Shown one piece after another: positions 39,594-50,041 of a stretch of DNA of 64,000 bases. Source of the stretch: Gemmatimonadota bacterium (lineage in GTDB: Bacteria; Gemmatimonadota; Gemmatimonadetes; Gemmatimonadales; GWC2-71-9). The notes beneath the pieces were generated by a model. It did not search any database, was not told the origin of the DNA, and saw only the letters and a program-made list of their open reading frames with translations. Location: the NCBI GenBank assembly GCA_036679605.1, contig JAZDCZ010000419.1, positions 96,001-160,000 on the forward strand. Direction: 5' to 3'. The translations under genes were made by a program, and so were the position numbers. Each line of letters starts with the position of its first letter. Position 1 is the first letter of the stretch.

Positions 39594-39839
39594 ATGTCCA
39601 AGCCAGTCAACATTTACGAGGCCAAGACCCGACTGTCGGAGTTGGTCGAGCGCGCCGCTTCAGGCGAGGAGATCATTATCGCCCGGGCCGGCGAGCCACG
39701 CGCACGCCTGGTGCCAATGCCCGGCACAAACGGCCCACGGATGCCCGGGGGTTGGGAGGAAGGCGTGTGGGTGGCGGATGACTTCGATGCACCACTCCCG
39801 GCCGATATTCTCTCCGCGTTCGAGGGTGGCGAACCCTGA
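39594..39839 (+). CDS. Phd/YefM-family antitoxin
   Basis: VNIYEAKTRLSELVERAASGEEIIIARAGEPRARLVP...DDFDAPLP; AGGAG RBS. Confidence 0.9.
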   Translation: MSKPVNIYEAKTRLSELVERAASGEEIIIARAGEPRARLVPMPGTNGPRMPGGWEEGVWVADDFDAPLPADILSAFEGGEP

Positions 39840-40210
39840 GCCTCCTGCTCGACACTCATGTTTTCATCTGGTGGCGCCAGAAAGCCCCGCAACTGAGCGT
39901 GGAGGCACGGGAGGCCATTGCGGGTGCCGCACTCGTATATGTGAGCGCCGCATCTGCCTGGGAGGCCGCCATCAAGATTGCTCTGGGTAAGCTTCGGATT
40001 CCGGGATCTTTTGGGCAGGCTGTCCAAGACAGTCAGTTCAGCAAACTGCCCGTGGACTTCGACCACGCGGCTGCCGCCGGCTCATTGCCCACCCACCACA
40101 CCGACCCGTTCGACAGAATGCTGATCGCTCAGGCTCAGTTGGAAGGTCTCGCGATCGTGACGCACGACCGCAACTTCGGTCAGTACGACGTGCGCGTGGT
40201 TTGGACGTGA
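39836..40210 (+). CDS. vapC: PIN-domain VapC toxin (apparent CTG start)
   Basis: In-frame LLLDTHVFIWW lies upstream of the ORF-track start; SAASAWE, HTDPFDRMLIAQA, VTHD. Confidence 0.88.
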   Translation: MSLLLDTHVFIWWRQKAPQLSVEAREAIAGAALVYVSAASAWEAAIKIALGKLRIPGSFGQAVQDSQFSKLPVDFDHAAAAGSLPTHHTDPFDRMLIAQAQLEGLAIVTHDRNFGQYDVRVVWT

Positions 40211-40302
40211 CGTTCAGGGCAACTTGACGTTCAACCCAAACACAATGTTATCGCCAAAGTCCCCCGCGTCTTGCAGGAGAAGATCGCCTGAGCGGTATGG
40301 CA

Positions 40303-40560
40303 CTAGAATTTGAGTAACGCTATCACAGTCCCCAGAGTCCCCACCCAGAAGACGAACATCCACTTGATGAGCCTACCCTCAACCTCCGCAAGCCGCTGCT
40401 CAAGCTTCGCATCAAAACGCGCGAAGTTGACCTCGAACAACTCTCTGAACTCGGAGCGGTACGTTGTGTCCACTGTGTTGAACCAGTCTACCAGCTCATC
40501 GGCGATGCCGTGGCCGAGCTTGGCGTAGAACTCTTTAGAAAACTTGGCAGCAATTGGCAT
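40303..40560 (-). CDS. Coiled-coil membrane-anchored protein (DUF1640/CCDC90-like), short paralogue
   Basis: 85 aa; nearly identical to 38145..38522 but lacks 40 aa of coiled coil. Confidence 0.75.
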   Translation of the reverse strand: MPIAAKFSKEFYAKLGHGIADELVDWFNTVDTTYRSEFRELFEVNFARFDAKLEQRLAEVEGRLIKWMFVFWVGTLGTVIALLKF

Positions 40561-40687
40561 CTACCCTCTCAAATCTTGTGTTGCCGCCACAGTACAAAGA
40601 TACCCTCGGCATGGCATAACCGAAATACCGCTACAGGGTACTTGATTTTGCAAACGGCTGATGTGCCGGCATTAAGAAAGGAGCAGA

Positions 40688-42109
40688 TCAACGAAAGAAA
40701 ATCCCGATATTCGCCTTCGGCACGGGTTGCGTAAACCTCGACACCACTACGAAAAGAATCAAACTCGTTGCGACACCTACCTCAACGGCGTCTATGCCAT
40801 GGGACGCAAACCCCGCCTGCCCGGTGAACTCCCAGATCAGGCAAGCCAGGAACCCGCCGAGCATCGCCGACACAGCACCAGCCGCCGTACCGCGCCGCCA
40901 GTTGAGACCGATCACGACTGGCACGAAGAAGAAACTCGCAATGAACTTGGTTTGCTCCACCACGATGGTCTGCACGTCACCATATTTTTGAAGCGCAAAG
41001 TAGATTGGGATCAACGCCAAGACCACAATGCTGATGCGGTTCACCATCACCAGGCGACGCTGGCTCGAACCGGGCCGCACAAACTTACCGTACAGATCGT
41101 GTGCGACCGACGCGCCGGTAACCAAGAGCACCGAGTTGACGGTGGACATTATGGCACTCACCATGGCAACTATGAGCAATGCACCAACCAACGGCGGCAG
41201 TACCTCGAACGCCATGACAGAACTGGCCTGGTCAGGCGACACTAGGTTCGGGAAAAGAACCCGAGTGAGCATTCCAATAAACATGACGCTCACACCGATT
41301 ATGAACTGGAACCCGATCGAGATACCGATGGCCTGCTTGACTGTGCGCTCGTCACGCATCGAGTAGTATCGTGTCATCTCGTAGGGCGCGGCAGCGATCG
41401 AAAAGCCGAAACTGATAGCGAACGCCGCCAGTTCCTTGGGGCCGTAATACCAGCCCAACAGTCTAGGGTCGAGCGACTTCAAGAACTGCACTGACTGGCC
41501 AAGTCCGCCCGCATGACTCAGCAGCACCGGGACCGCAATGGCCAGCCCGGCTACCATGACCAGCGTTTGCATGAACTCGATGTACGAGCTGCTCCTGACG
41601 CCGCCGAGCAACGTGTAAAGCGCGGTGCTACCAACCAACACGAGCATTGCCGTCAGCGGCTGAATGCCGAAGATCGCGAGCGCAATTTCACCGCTTGCCT
41701 GGAACTGTGCTACGAGATAGATCGTGTAGGACACTACGATCAGGATCGCGGCCAGGGCACCAGCCTTCGCGCTCCCAAACCGAGCGGCAATGTAGTCTGG
41801 AACGGTAAGTGCACCGAACCGCCGGAGTTTTGGTGCGACGAAGAAGGCCGACACCAGCCAGCCAGACCACACACCGAACCAGATAAACCACCACGATACA
41901 CCCGCCAGATAATGTCTGCCGATGGTTCCCACCACCGTTCCGGCGCTCATCTGTGTAGCCGCCAATACTGCGCCGCCCACGAACGGACCGATCGAGCGGC
42001 CTGCTGCGATGAAGTCGTCTTCGGTCTTGGTTCTGAACGAACTCCACACCGCGATGCCCAACACCAGTACGAAATAGACGACCAGTACAACACCCAGGGT
42101 CAGTCCCAT
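40688..42109 (-). CDS. Sodium:solute symporter family transporter
   Basis: DFIAAGRSIG, ALTVPDYIAARFG, YTLLGG, SAIMSTVNS; about 13 TM helices. Confidence 0.9.
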   Translation of the reverse strand: MGLTLGVVLVVYFVLVLGIAVWSSFRTKTEDDFIAAGRSIGPFVGGAVLAATQMSAGTVVGTIGRHYLAGVSWWFIWFGVWSGWLVSAFFVAPKLRRFGALTVPDYIAARFGSAKAGALAAILIVVSYTIYLVAQFQASGEIALAIFGIQPLTAMLVLVGSTALYTLLGGVRSSSYIEFMQTLVMVAGLAIAVPVLLSHAGGLGQSVQFLKSLDPRLLGWYYGPKELAAFAISFGFSIAAAPYEMTRYYSMRDERTVKQAIGISIGFQFIIGVSVMFIGMLTRVLFPNLVSPDQASSVMAFEVLPPLVGALLIVAMVSAIMSTVNSVLLVTGASVAHDLYGKFVRPGSSQRRLVMVNRISIVVLALIPIYFALQKYGDVQTIVVEQTKFIASFFFVPVVIGLNWRRGTAAGAVSAMLGGFLACLIWEFTGQAGFASHGIDAVEVGVATSLILFVVVSRFTQPVPKANIGIFFR

Positions 42110-42119
42110 GGTCTCCTAT

Positions 42120-42737
42120 TTAGCCTGAGTCCGAGTGCCGCGCGCTGACGTAGCGTTGCCGCAGTAACCAGAGGATGGACGAAAGCACAATCAAGAGCGC
42201 GACCGACAGATCGGACAGCCGGTTGGTGCTCCAATCTCCCATCGCCGCAGGCAGGCGGACTACACTCGGCAGGTTCGGCAGCGTGGCCGACACCGAGCCG
42301 TCCCTATCGCGAACCAGTCTGGGGAACGCGTCGCTCAAAGCCGCACTCGCAGGAACTCCCCGAATCTTTATTGAGACCGCGCCCGTTGCAGGGTCGGTTG
42401 GAACGTCGGGATTGAGAATCGGAATTCGATCGACCTTTCCCGACACTTCGTACCGCACGCTCACGGTTCTGATTCCCGAGTTCGACGGGATCACGGTAAA
42501 CTCGTATAGGCCGGCTTTAGAGTGCACGTCGACGATCGAGCTATCACCCGGCGCGGCATCCAGTCGAATTTCTTGGCCACGTAGCTTGATCAAGACGAAC
42601 CGGACCGGGCGAGTGGCATTCACTATCTGGTAGCGCGCCAGGATTACGGCCGACCGCTCATTCAGATCTATCGAAATGTCGGACGACTCGAGCTGCCCCT
42701 GGGCAACAGCTATGACGCTGACAAGAGCCAAGAGCAC
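42120..42737 (-). CDS. Hypothetical exported protein with C-terminal TM
   Basis: Hydrophobic N- and C-termini; tightly coupled between the peptidase and the symporter. Confidence 0.6.
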   Translation of the reverse strand: MLLALVSVIAVAQGQLESSDISIDLNERSAVILARYQIVNATRPVRFVLIKLRGQEIRLDAAPGDSSIVDVHSKAGLYEFTVIPSNSGIRTVSVRYEVSGKVDRIPILNPDVPTDPATGAVSIKIRGVPASAALSDAFPRLVRDRDGSVSATLPNLPSVVRLPAAMGDWSTNRLSDLSVALLIVLSSILWLLRQRYVSARHSDSG

Positions 42738-44500
42738 TAGATGTAACGCAACACCATTTGGCGAGCGCCATAAATAATGTCAGCTACTTCGTTGATATGA
42801 CGTCGTAGCCCGGCCTGAAGAAATGGTAGCTGGTCCAGCGCATTCTTGGAGCACGCCGCCAACCGAGTGATCCCATCGAGCTTAGGAATGATGCCGAGTG
42901 ACAGTGCAGGATCATGTTGGAATCGAGCACCTCGGGCATAATTCAGTGGCACCAACGCTCGCGCCAGTTCCTTCAATGCTTCATTGACAGACGCAAACTC
43001 GGCCTCAGACAAGTCTGACGCAATCTTGCGATAGAGATCGTCGAGCGCGCCTTGAAGACCGATGAGTTCCTCCCTGATGCTCGACAGATCTATTAATCCC
43101 TTGGCCTGTTGTTCGTACTCGCCTACCGCCTCGGACAGTTCTGCTATGGTCGCGCGGTAATCGAATGGCAACACGGAGGCATTCAAAACCCGCACAATGG
43201 CCGTCACATAAACCGACAGGTCTTGCTTCAGATACTTGCGGTCAGCCACATCGAGTCGATCGTCTTCAGTGTGCCACGCGATGTTTCCGCCACATCCCCC
43301 CACCGGATAGAACCCCAACTCATCGCGCAGCTCCTTGGGGATGTTGGACAGCAACATGAAAAAAGATGTGAGACCTACTTGGTTGAAAGAGTAATCTCCC
43401 GCACGTATGGGTCTGCGCCTGCCGGCCTCCAATCCTGTGCGGTCCCTTATGGCTCCGCGGCATAAGTCCCCTGCCTCGGCCATCCACATCACGTCATCGT
43501 ACCTGCTCGCTTCCCAGCATCCGGGTGAGTCTATGTTGACAGCCGCAACACAACGCTTGCGCAACTCTAGCCCAAACTCGTCAGCATACCAGGTGGACCC
43601 CGCGTAGCGGCCCATCGAGTGTCCCGGCCACCATGCCACCTTGAGCGTCCGGCATAAGTCGTCCCGGTGTGTATGGAATATGCGCGCCAACTCGAGCAGC
43701 GTGGCGTCACCCACGGCGTTGTCACCAATTCCCACATCCCAGCTGTCATAGTGCCCATGCACCAGGAGAAAATCGTCCGACTTACCACGAATCGTAGCGA
43801 CCGGAATTTTGCACTTGAACCATCCTTCGTCCAGCGAGGCCCGCACGGTCAGATTCTGCCGACCGTTCGACAAGAGCGCCTTAATCTCCTCGCCGTCGCT
43901 GCGATTCACGGCAACCACTGGAGTCTTGGGTTTCTGACCAAGGTTCTCGTCGGTGGGCATGCCCCAGATGGGCGTACATATCCCCCAATGGATGTTCTTG
44001 CCGGCATTCACATAGATCTGTCCTACTGCACCGGCCCGCTCGAATCGCTGAACCGAACCCGGCATGGCGTATCCGTCCGTAACGACGATCTTACCGCGCA
44101 CAGCCTCGTCACCGCTGACCTGCTTGGTCTCAAAGAGTTCGTCGATGTCCTCGATGGGAGGCGCACTCAGATACACGGCCTCTGCTGTGAGTCCATCCGA
44201 TTCCGTAGGTACGGCAAAGGCCGGCGGCTTAGCACGATATTCCTTGCCGTCGCTACCCGGCACGATCACTGCCGACTCGCGCGGCAGGGACAGGTATAGC
44301 TCGGGCTCGTACACGACGTGCTCCACTCCCAGCCGCTCCAGCTCATCAACGATATATTGGGCCGCTGCATGCTCGTCCGGCATCCCAGATTCCCGCCTCA
44401 ATTCGGCGAACCGCTCTAGCAATTTCCAACCGACGTCAACGGAAACGTCGGCAAGCAGTCTTGATTCCACGTTCGTGAGCGTATCACCTCTAGCAGTCAT
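42737..44500 (-). CDS. M28-family metallopeptidase with PA domain
   Basis: VHGHYDSW, GIGDNAVG, NIDSPG, WHTEDD. Confidence 0.8.
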   Translation of the reverse strand: MTARGDTLTNVESRLLADVSVDVGWKLLERFAELRRESGMPDEHAAAQYIVDELERLGVEHVVYEPELYLSLPRESAVIVPGSDGKEYRAKPPAFAVPTESDGLTAEAVYLSAPPIEDIDELFETKQVSGDEAVRGKIVVTDGYAMPGSVQRFERAGAVGQIYVNAGKNIHWGICTPIWGMPTDENLGQKPKTPVVAVNRSDGEEIKALLSNGRQNLTVRASLDEGWFKCKIPVATIRGKSDDFLLVHGHYDSWDVGIGDNAVGDATLLELARIFHTHRDDLCRTLKVAWWPGHSMGRYAGSTWYADEFGLELRKRCVAAVNIDSPGCWEASRYDDVMWMAEAGDLCRGAIRDRTGLEAGRRRPIRAGDYSFNQVGLTSFFMLLSNIPKELRDELGFYPVGGCGGNIAWHTEDDRLDVADRKYLKQDLSVYVTAIVRVLNASVLPFDYRATIAELSEAVGEYEQQAKGLIDLSSIREELIGLQGALDDLYRKIASDLSEAEFASVNEALKELARALVPLNYARGARFQHDPALSLGIIPKLDGITRLAACSKNALDQLPFLQAGLRRHINEVADIIYGARQMVLRYI

Positions 44501-44602
44501 GTTCGCCTCTGGTTTGTCATAGCGATGCAGGAAATTTGACGGTCCGATTACTCACCAATGTTCCCGTCAGCACCCTAGCGGGCAAGTGGTAGCGGTGTAG
44601 CT

Positions 44603-44767
44603 TCAGCGCTCGACCTTGGCGGTGTCGCGTGCCATGATCGAATCGGGTGGACGCTCCGGTGCGTCCTGCTCGTTCCCCTTTTGTGGATCGCGGTCACGAC
44701 ACCCTGTCAGGGCCATAACGATGAGAAAGCAACCAATGACACGCACGGCGTGTAAATTACCCTCCAT
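44603..44767 (-). CDS. Possible small lipoprotein
   Basis: Hydrophobic stretch and lipobox LTGC followed by a charged tail. Confidence 0.45.
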   Translation of the reverse strand: MEGNLHAVRVIGCFLIVMALTGCRDRDPQKGNEQDAPERPPDSIMARDTAKVER

Positions 44768-44818
44768 GAGCAGCTCATTCCAAACGTGGCATCGTCGACC
44801 TACCATGATGGCTTGCAA

Positions 44819-47104
44819 GTGACCGACCGCCGTAGCTTTCTGTCGGCGCTCAGCACCTTTGCCGGTACGGCGATCGTTAGCGGTAGCCGCGGAGCAACAC
44901 CGGATACGCCCATCGTTGACGCCGAGTCCACCATCTTCTATTCCCACCCCGACGGTTCCAAGAACCTGGTGCGTTTTCAGATCCAAAACATCGATGTGCC
45001 CGCTGGGCGACTCAGGGTCTACAACGGGAGTCGAAAACTACTGGGCACGGCCGGTGTTCTACGCACCGGCAACGTTCTCCTCGGAGAACTCTGGCTGGAG
45101 GTGAACCGCCCGACGGGCATAGTATCTGAGCTGGAAGCGCCCGGACTGCGGCGGCCGCTCCGCACGACTCATCGCCTGGTGCCCAACCGCCGGTGGACAC
45201 TCAATCTCCTCATTGCAGTCGACGCCGCATCGATCCTGCAGGAGATTGAAACACTTTCGCCGATCCGCCGCGCTGTGCAGGCAGTCACGTACCGGCGGGC
45301 AAATGTAACGGTGAACCCACTTCCCACCTCATTGGACCTCGATCACATGGATCACCTTCCGTTCCTCCGGATGGCGGTCCCAGCGATGGAAATCGAACGC
45401 AGATTCGGAATCCCGGTCAGTAGCGTGACGATTGTTCCAGATGGATGGAGGTTGTCCCAAACCAGCGCGATGGCTCTATCGGGATCGGGAGTTCGAATCC
45501 TGGCACTAGAACAACGCGGTGGCGAACCATCGCAAATCTGGAACGTGCCTGGAGGAGGGAAATTGCTCGTCGTAACCGTTCCGTGGAACGGTACACCAGG
45601 TGACTTGAAGTTCGGTGCATCCTACGACGAAATGCGAGGCGCCGTCGAGAAATGGCTCACAACGTCACCTCTTCTGCTCTCGCCAACATACGACTCGGAC
45701 ATCGCCTACCTCTTAGGCACGGTAGCGGAGGAAGCCGTGACGAAAATCCCCGCCGCGGTGGCTGCATGGAACGCCCGCGTGGCCTATCCCAAGCTAGTCA
45801 TAGGCGACACCGCCGAACTCCGGGAGCGCGTCGAACGGCGAGCCTCTGCCGTACCCGTTCCGAAGCTCGAGCCGCGGTCGGCAGACGACCTTACGCCGGC
45901 ACAGCTGGCGTCGATAGCGACTTTGCGCGTTGCGGCGCGAACCGACCGTGCAAACAACATGATGGCGGTGCTCGGCGGAATCGCAGGGATCACGTCAAGG
46001 ATCCCCGTAGTGATTCCTGGCACTCTGGTTTTCAACTCGGCGCCATATGCTAGATCGGGCCTGGTCCGCATGACTGATGGTACCGATCAAATCGCTACCG
46101 ACGTACCGGCTCTTGGATACGCGTATTTCCTTGATAGCGAGGACGGGGGCAACAGGTGGAGGACGAATGACCGCGGCAGTACGCTGGAGGGCAACAGGTT
46201 GTCGGTACGAGTCGATGAAACCACCGGCGCGCTTGCGTCCCTAATCAACAAATCAGACGGACGCGAGCTAGTATTGGACGGTTCGCCTGGATTGAACGAA
46301 CTAGAAGGATCGCAACTGGAGCGCATTTCGCGTCAACGGCTTCCTGGCGTAGCATCGCGACTCGAACTGCGACGTTGGTCACCCAACCTGGGATCTTTCA
46401 TCACCACCGTTACAGTATACGACGACCTGCCCTGGCTGGATATCGAGAACCAAGCCCAGGGCGTGGGCTCACAGGCAATGGAGTACCGCTTCGCGTTCTC
46501 TCTCGGCGAACCTCAAGTCACCTGGGAAACTCCCGCTGGATACGACGAGTCCGCAGCTCCGCTCGATCGTATCGAGCACTTGCGCTGGATTCAACTGTCG
46601 GACGACAACACGCATGTGCTGTTCCGAGGAATGACCGCTCCGATTGCATCGGTAACACGTGGGGGCATTCTCACGAGCTACGCCCCGCGCGGACTGTCCC
46701 GCTATCGACTCCAGCTTGCGTCACCCTTCTCACCTGCCGACACCCCATGGGTCTTCGGATGGGAGGCGGAACCATTTGCTACGGCGCGCATAGTTGAAAA
46801 TCGGGCCGGCAACCTACCAACGTACGGATCAATCTTCTCGGTAGACCAAGTCGGTACGGCGGTCCTTGGACTCAAACCGGCTGACGACGACCGCGGCGTG
46901 ATACTCTACATCCAGGAACTCCTAGGCGTGGACCGCGAAATCTCGATTGGCAGCGAGATTCTTAGTTTTACATCTATTAGAATGGTTGACTTCCTGGAGC
47001 GAGATTTGGCGGAACTCAGCCCACCGACGGCAGGCGTGGCTCGCGTACCGATACCAGCCAATGGAATTGTGGCGGTCAGATTACTTGGCGTGGAACAACC
47101 GTGA
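44819..47104 (+). CDS. Tat-exported protein with GH38-like C-terminal architecture
   Basis: Tat motif TDRRSFLSAL; WNARVAYPKLVI, DVPALGY, TLEGNRLSVRVDETTGALASLINK, LKPADDDRGVILYIQE resemble GH38 mid/C-terminal domains. Confidence 0.55.
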   Translation: MTDRRSFLSALSTFAGTAIVSGSRGATPDTPIVDAESTIFYSHPDGSKNLVRFQIQNIDVPAGRLRVYNGSRKLLGTAGVLRTGNVLLGELWLEVNRPTGIVSELEAPGLRRPLRTTHRLVPNRRWTLNLLIAVDAASILQEIETLSPIRRAVQAVTYRRANVTVNPLPTSLDLDHMDHLPFLRMAVPAMEIERRFGIPVSSVTIVPDGWRLSQTSAMALSGSGVRILALEQRGGEPSQIWNVPGGGKLLVVTVPWNGTPGDLKFGASYDEMRGAVEKWLTTSPLLLSPTYDSDIAYLLGTVAEEAVTKIPAAVAAWNARVAYPKLVIGDTAELRERVERRASAVPVPKLEPRSADDLTPAQLASIATLRVAARTDRANNMMAVLGGIAGITSRIPVVIPGTLVFNSAPYARSGLVRMTDGTDQIATDVPALGYAYFLDSEDGGNRWRTNDRGSTLEGNRLSVRVDETTGALASLINKSDGRELVLDGSPGLNELEGSQLERISRQRLPGVASRLELRRWSPNLGSFITTVTVYDDLPWLDIENQAQGVGSQAMEYRFAFSLGEPQVTWETPAGYDESAAPLDRIEHLRWIQLSDDNTHVLFRGMTAPIASVTRGGILTSYAPRGLSRYRLQLASPFSPADTPWVFGWEAEPFATARIVENRAGNLPTYGSIFSVDQVGTAVLGLKPADDDRGVILYIQELLGVDREISIGSEILSFTSIRMVDFLERDLAELSPPTAGVARVPIPANGIVAVRLLGVEQP

Positions 47105-47168
47105 TTCAGACGGGATAGATTACGATGGGTCCTTCCTTAGTCATGAACACGCAAGCATACTTGGTAAG

Positions 47169-48635
47169 ATGAACTCTACGATACGAACTTTGGGTGAACT
47201 GCGGCAGTCAGAGTGGAGCGATCCACAACGGCGTGCTCGGTCTGTCAAGGATGAGATGAGGGAGAATCTCATCTGCATGCTCGAGGGCGGTCAAACGGTT
47301 TTTCCCGGCATCGTGGGCTTCGAACAGACTGCCATTCCGCAAATTATCAACGCAGTGCTCGCCAAGCACAACTTCATTCTGCTGGGTTTGCGCGGTCAGG
47401 CAAAGAGTCGACTCTTGCGTGCGTTGGCAAACCTCTTGGATCTCGAACTGCCGATCATCGCCGGTAGCGAAGTGAACGACAATCCATTCAAACCGTTGTC
47501 CAAGTACGGGAAGCAGTTGAGCGAGGAACATGGCGACAATACACCCATTGAGTGGATTTCACGCGACGCCCGCTACGTAGAAAAGTTGGCTACTCCCGAC
47601 GTGACGGTCGCAGATCTCTTGGGCGATGTAGATCCAATCAAGGCGGCCCGCGGCGGTCACGTCCTCTCCGACGAGTTAACTATCCATTTCGGGTTGCTGC
47701 CGCGCAGCAACCGTGGAATCTTCGCAATCAACGAACTACCCGACCTAGCCGGAAAGATTCAAGTGGCGTTGTTCAACATAATGCAGGAAGGCGATGTCCA
47801 GATCAAAGGGTATCCGATACGCCTCCCGCTAGATGTCATGTTGGTCTTCTCTGCAAACCCGGAGGACTACACAGCTCGCGGCAAGATCATCACCCCTCTA
47901 AAAGACCGCATCGGTAGCGAAATCCACACGCACTATCCGCCCACGCTAGCGCATGGCATGGAGATCACGCTGCAGGAAGCATGGCTAGAGCGAAACGGGC
48001 GGCCGCTCCACGTACCCGACTTCATTCAAGAGCTGATCGAACGCATCGCATTCGAGGCCAGAGAGGACAAGCGGGTAGACCGACGTTCAGGCGTGAGCCA
48101 GCGCTTACCTATTAGCGTGCTGGAAAACGTCGTATCCAACGCGGAGCAACGTGCTGTGACGGTAAAGGAAAAGCGAGTGGTGCCGCGTGTGTCCGACATC
48201 TATGCGGCACTCCCTGCGGTCACCGGAAAGCTCGAACTCGAATACGAGGGAGAAATGCAGGGAGCACTCGCTGTCGCCACTGACATCATCGGTCGTGCGG
48301 CGGGCAACACGTTTGAAGCACGTGCCGGGGGAGCCGATTGCGATGGTATAGTTGAGTGGTTCGACACCGGAGGTGCTCTCAAGGTATCGCCAAACGAGCG
48401 TTCCGACGTGTGCATTCAGGGGTTTTCAGCAGTAGACGGATTGCTCGATCTCGTTTACAACACCGGTCTCGCTCCCATGAAGGACCCGGCTACCGTGGTT
48501 GCAGCATGCGAACTCGTACTCGAAGGATTGGTTGCGCAAAAGCGCATTACCCGTAGCGACGAGCTGGGATACGGGCGCGCCCGGCCTAAGCCACCGCCGT
48601 ATGGACACGACGGGAACATGACGCTGGATGTGTAG
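47169..48635 (+). CDS. Mg-chelatase-like AAA+ ATPase
   Basis: GLRGQAKS, RGIFAINELPDL, SANPEDYTARG; paired with a vWA gene. Confidence 0.85.
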   Translation: MNSTIRTLGELRQSEWSDPQRRARSVKDEMRENLICMLEGGQTVFPGIVGFEQTAIPQIINAVLAKHNFILLGLRGQAKSRLLRALANLLDLELPIIAGSEVNDNPFKPLSKYGKQLSEEHGDNTPIEWISRDARYVEKLATPDVTVADLLGDVDPIKAARGGHVLSDELTIHFGLLPRSNRGIFAINELPDLAGKIQVALFNIMQEGDVQIKGYPIRLPLDVMLVFSANPEDYTARGKIITPLKDRIGSEIHTHYPPTLAHGMEITLQEAWLERNGRPLHVPDFIQELIERIAFEAREDKRVDRRSGVSQRLPISVLENVVSNAEQRAVTVKEKRVVPRVSDIYAALPAVTGKLELEYEGEMQGALAVATDIIGRAAGNTFEARAGGADCDGIVEWFDTGGALKVSPNERSDVCIQGFSAVDGLLDLVYNTGLAPMKDPATVVAACELVLEGLVAQKRITRSDELGYGRARPKPPPYGHDGNMTLDV

Positions 48636-48646
48636 GGCATAGTAGA

Positions 48647-49942
48647 ATGCGCTACACGACCTACTCCAAGTATCTCCCGCAACTCCTGGACGCAATAAAC
48701 CTGGAACAACTGCTCGAGGACCTGAGTGATTTCCTCCTCCAATCCGGCTTTGCCGGCGGACCGTGGTATCACCCAATCTTCGGGCCGTCGGACGCCGAAA
48801 ATCCAGACCGATCATTGGAGGCGCTCAAGCAGGCGATCCTCCAAAAACTCATGGAGTCGGGCAGGCTCACTCCTGAAATGCTGCAAGCGCTCCGAGGCGA
48901 GTCTACAGGTGATGAGCAGCGCGACGCCCAGTTAGAACAACAGATTGCCGACCTGCTAGACCAGATAATCCAACGCCTGATAGACGAAGGATACCTCAAC
49001 ACCCAGCAGCTGCCACACATGCCCGGGAATCACCAGAAGATGGATGGAGTAGACGGGCAAGGACAGAGCGCAGCGCAGCAGGTCCAGTTCAACTTGTCCG
49101 AAAAGGGAATCGATTTTCTTGGATACCGTGCACTGAAGCACCTCATGGGAAGCGTGGGCAAGTCAAGCTTCGGCAGTCACGAAACACCGTACCTGGCCAC
49201 GGGCATAGAAGCAGATTCGATTTCGAAGCCCTACGAATTCGGGGACACCCTGAACCTAGATGTAAACGCAACGCTCTCCAACGCGATCGCCCGCAACGGA
49301 CTGCGAATTCCCCTCGAAATCGACTATCCCGATCTAATGGTCCACCAATCAGAGTACCGCTCGAGCGCGGCGACAGTCCTGATGCTCGATTGCTCACACT
49401 CGATGATTCTCTACGGGGAAGACCGGTTCACGCCCGCCAAGAAAGTATCTCTGGCGCTCACGCACCTGATTCGAACTCAGTTCCCCGGCGATTCCATACG
49501 TGTGGTTCTATTTCACGACACGGCTGAAGAGATCCCGCTTGGCAAGCTGGCTCACGCACAGGTGGGACCGTATCACACGAACACTGCCGAAGGACTGAAG
49601 CTGTCTCGCCGCATTCTCATGACACAGAAGAAGGACATGCGGCAGATAATCATGATCACCGACGGCAAACCTTCCGCTCTGACGCTGCCCGACGGCCGAA
49701 TCTACATCAATTCTATGGGGTTGGATCCCAAGATACTCCGAGAGACCTACCGTGAGGTCGCCGCGTGCAAACGGTCAGGAATAATGATCAACACATTCAT
49801 GCTGGCGCGCGAACGTGCGCTCGTCGACTTCGTCAAGAAAGTATGCGAGATCTCCCGTGGTAAAGCCTACTTCACGAATTCGATGACCTTGGGACAATAC
49901 ATCTTAATGGACTTCATGAAGCGAAAAACTCGGCGAGTGTAG
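48647..49942 (+). CDS. vWA-domain protein
   Basis: MIDAS DCSHSM, TNTAEGL, MITDGKP. Confidence 0.85.
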   Translation: MRYTTYSKYLPQLLDAINLEQLLEDLSDFLLQSGFAGGPWYHPIFGPSDAENPDRSLEALKQAILQKLMESGRLTPEMLQALRGESTGDEQRDAQLEQQIADLLDQIIQRLIDEGYLNTQQLPHMPGNHQKMDGVDGQGQSAAQQVQFNLSEKGIDFLGYRALKHLMGSVGKSSFGSHETPYLATGIEADSISKPYEFGDTLNLDVNATLSNAIARNGLRIPLEIDYPDLMVHQSEYRSSAATVLMLDCSHSMILYGEDRFTPAKKVSLALTHLIRTQFPGDSIRVVLFHDTAEEIPLGKLAHAQVGPYHTNTAEGLKLSRRILMTQKKDMRQIIMITDGKPSALTLPDGRIYINSMGLDPKILRETYREVAACKRSGIMINTFMLARERALVDFVKKVCEISRGKAYFTNSMTLGQYILMDFMKRKTRRV

Positions 49943-50041
49943 GGGCAATCGGTTGCCCGAGTTACTTGTCCGTGACTTCTGCTAGGCGCTCAGATATCTT
50001 CTGTCTGTGTTCACTCTCATTACCACAACCTCAGGACCTAG

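Noticed and set aside
17726..40687. The island as an autonomous mobile element (prophage, ICE, CAST or integron)
   Set aside because: No integrase, transposase, Tns, phage structural gene or tRNA att site was recognised; cas3 and cas1-cas2 are intact.
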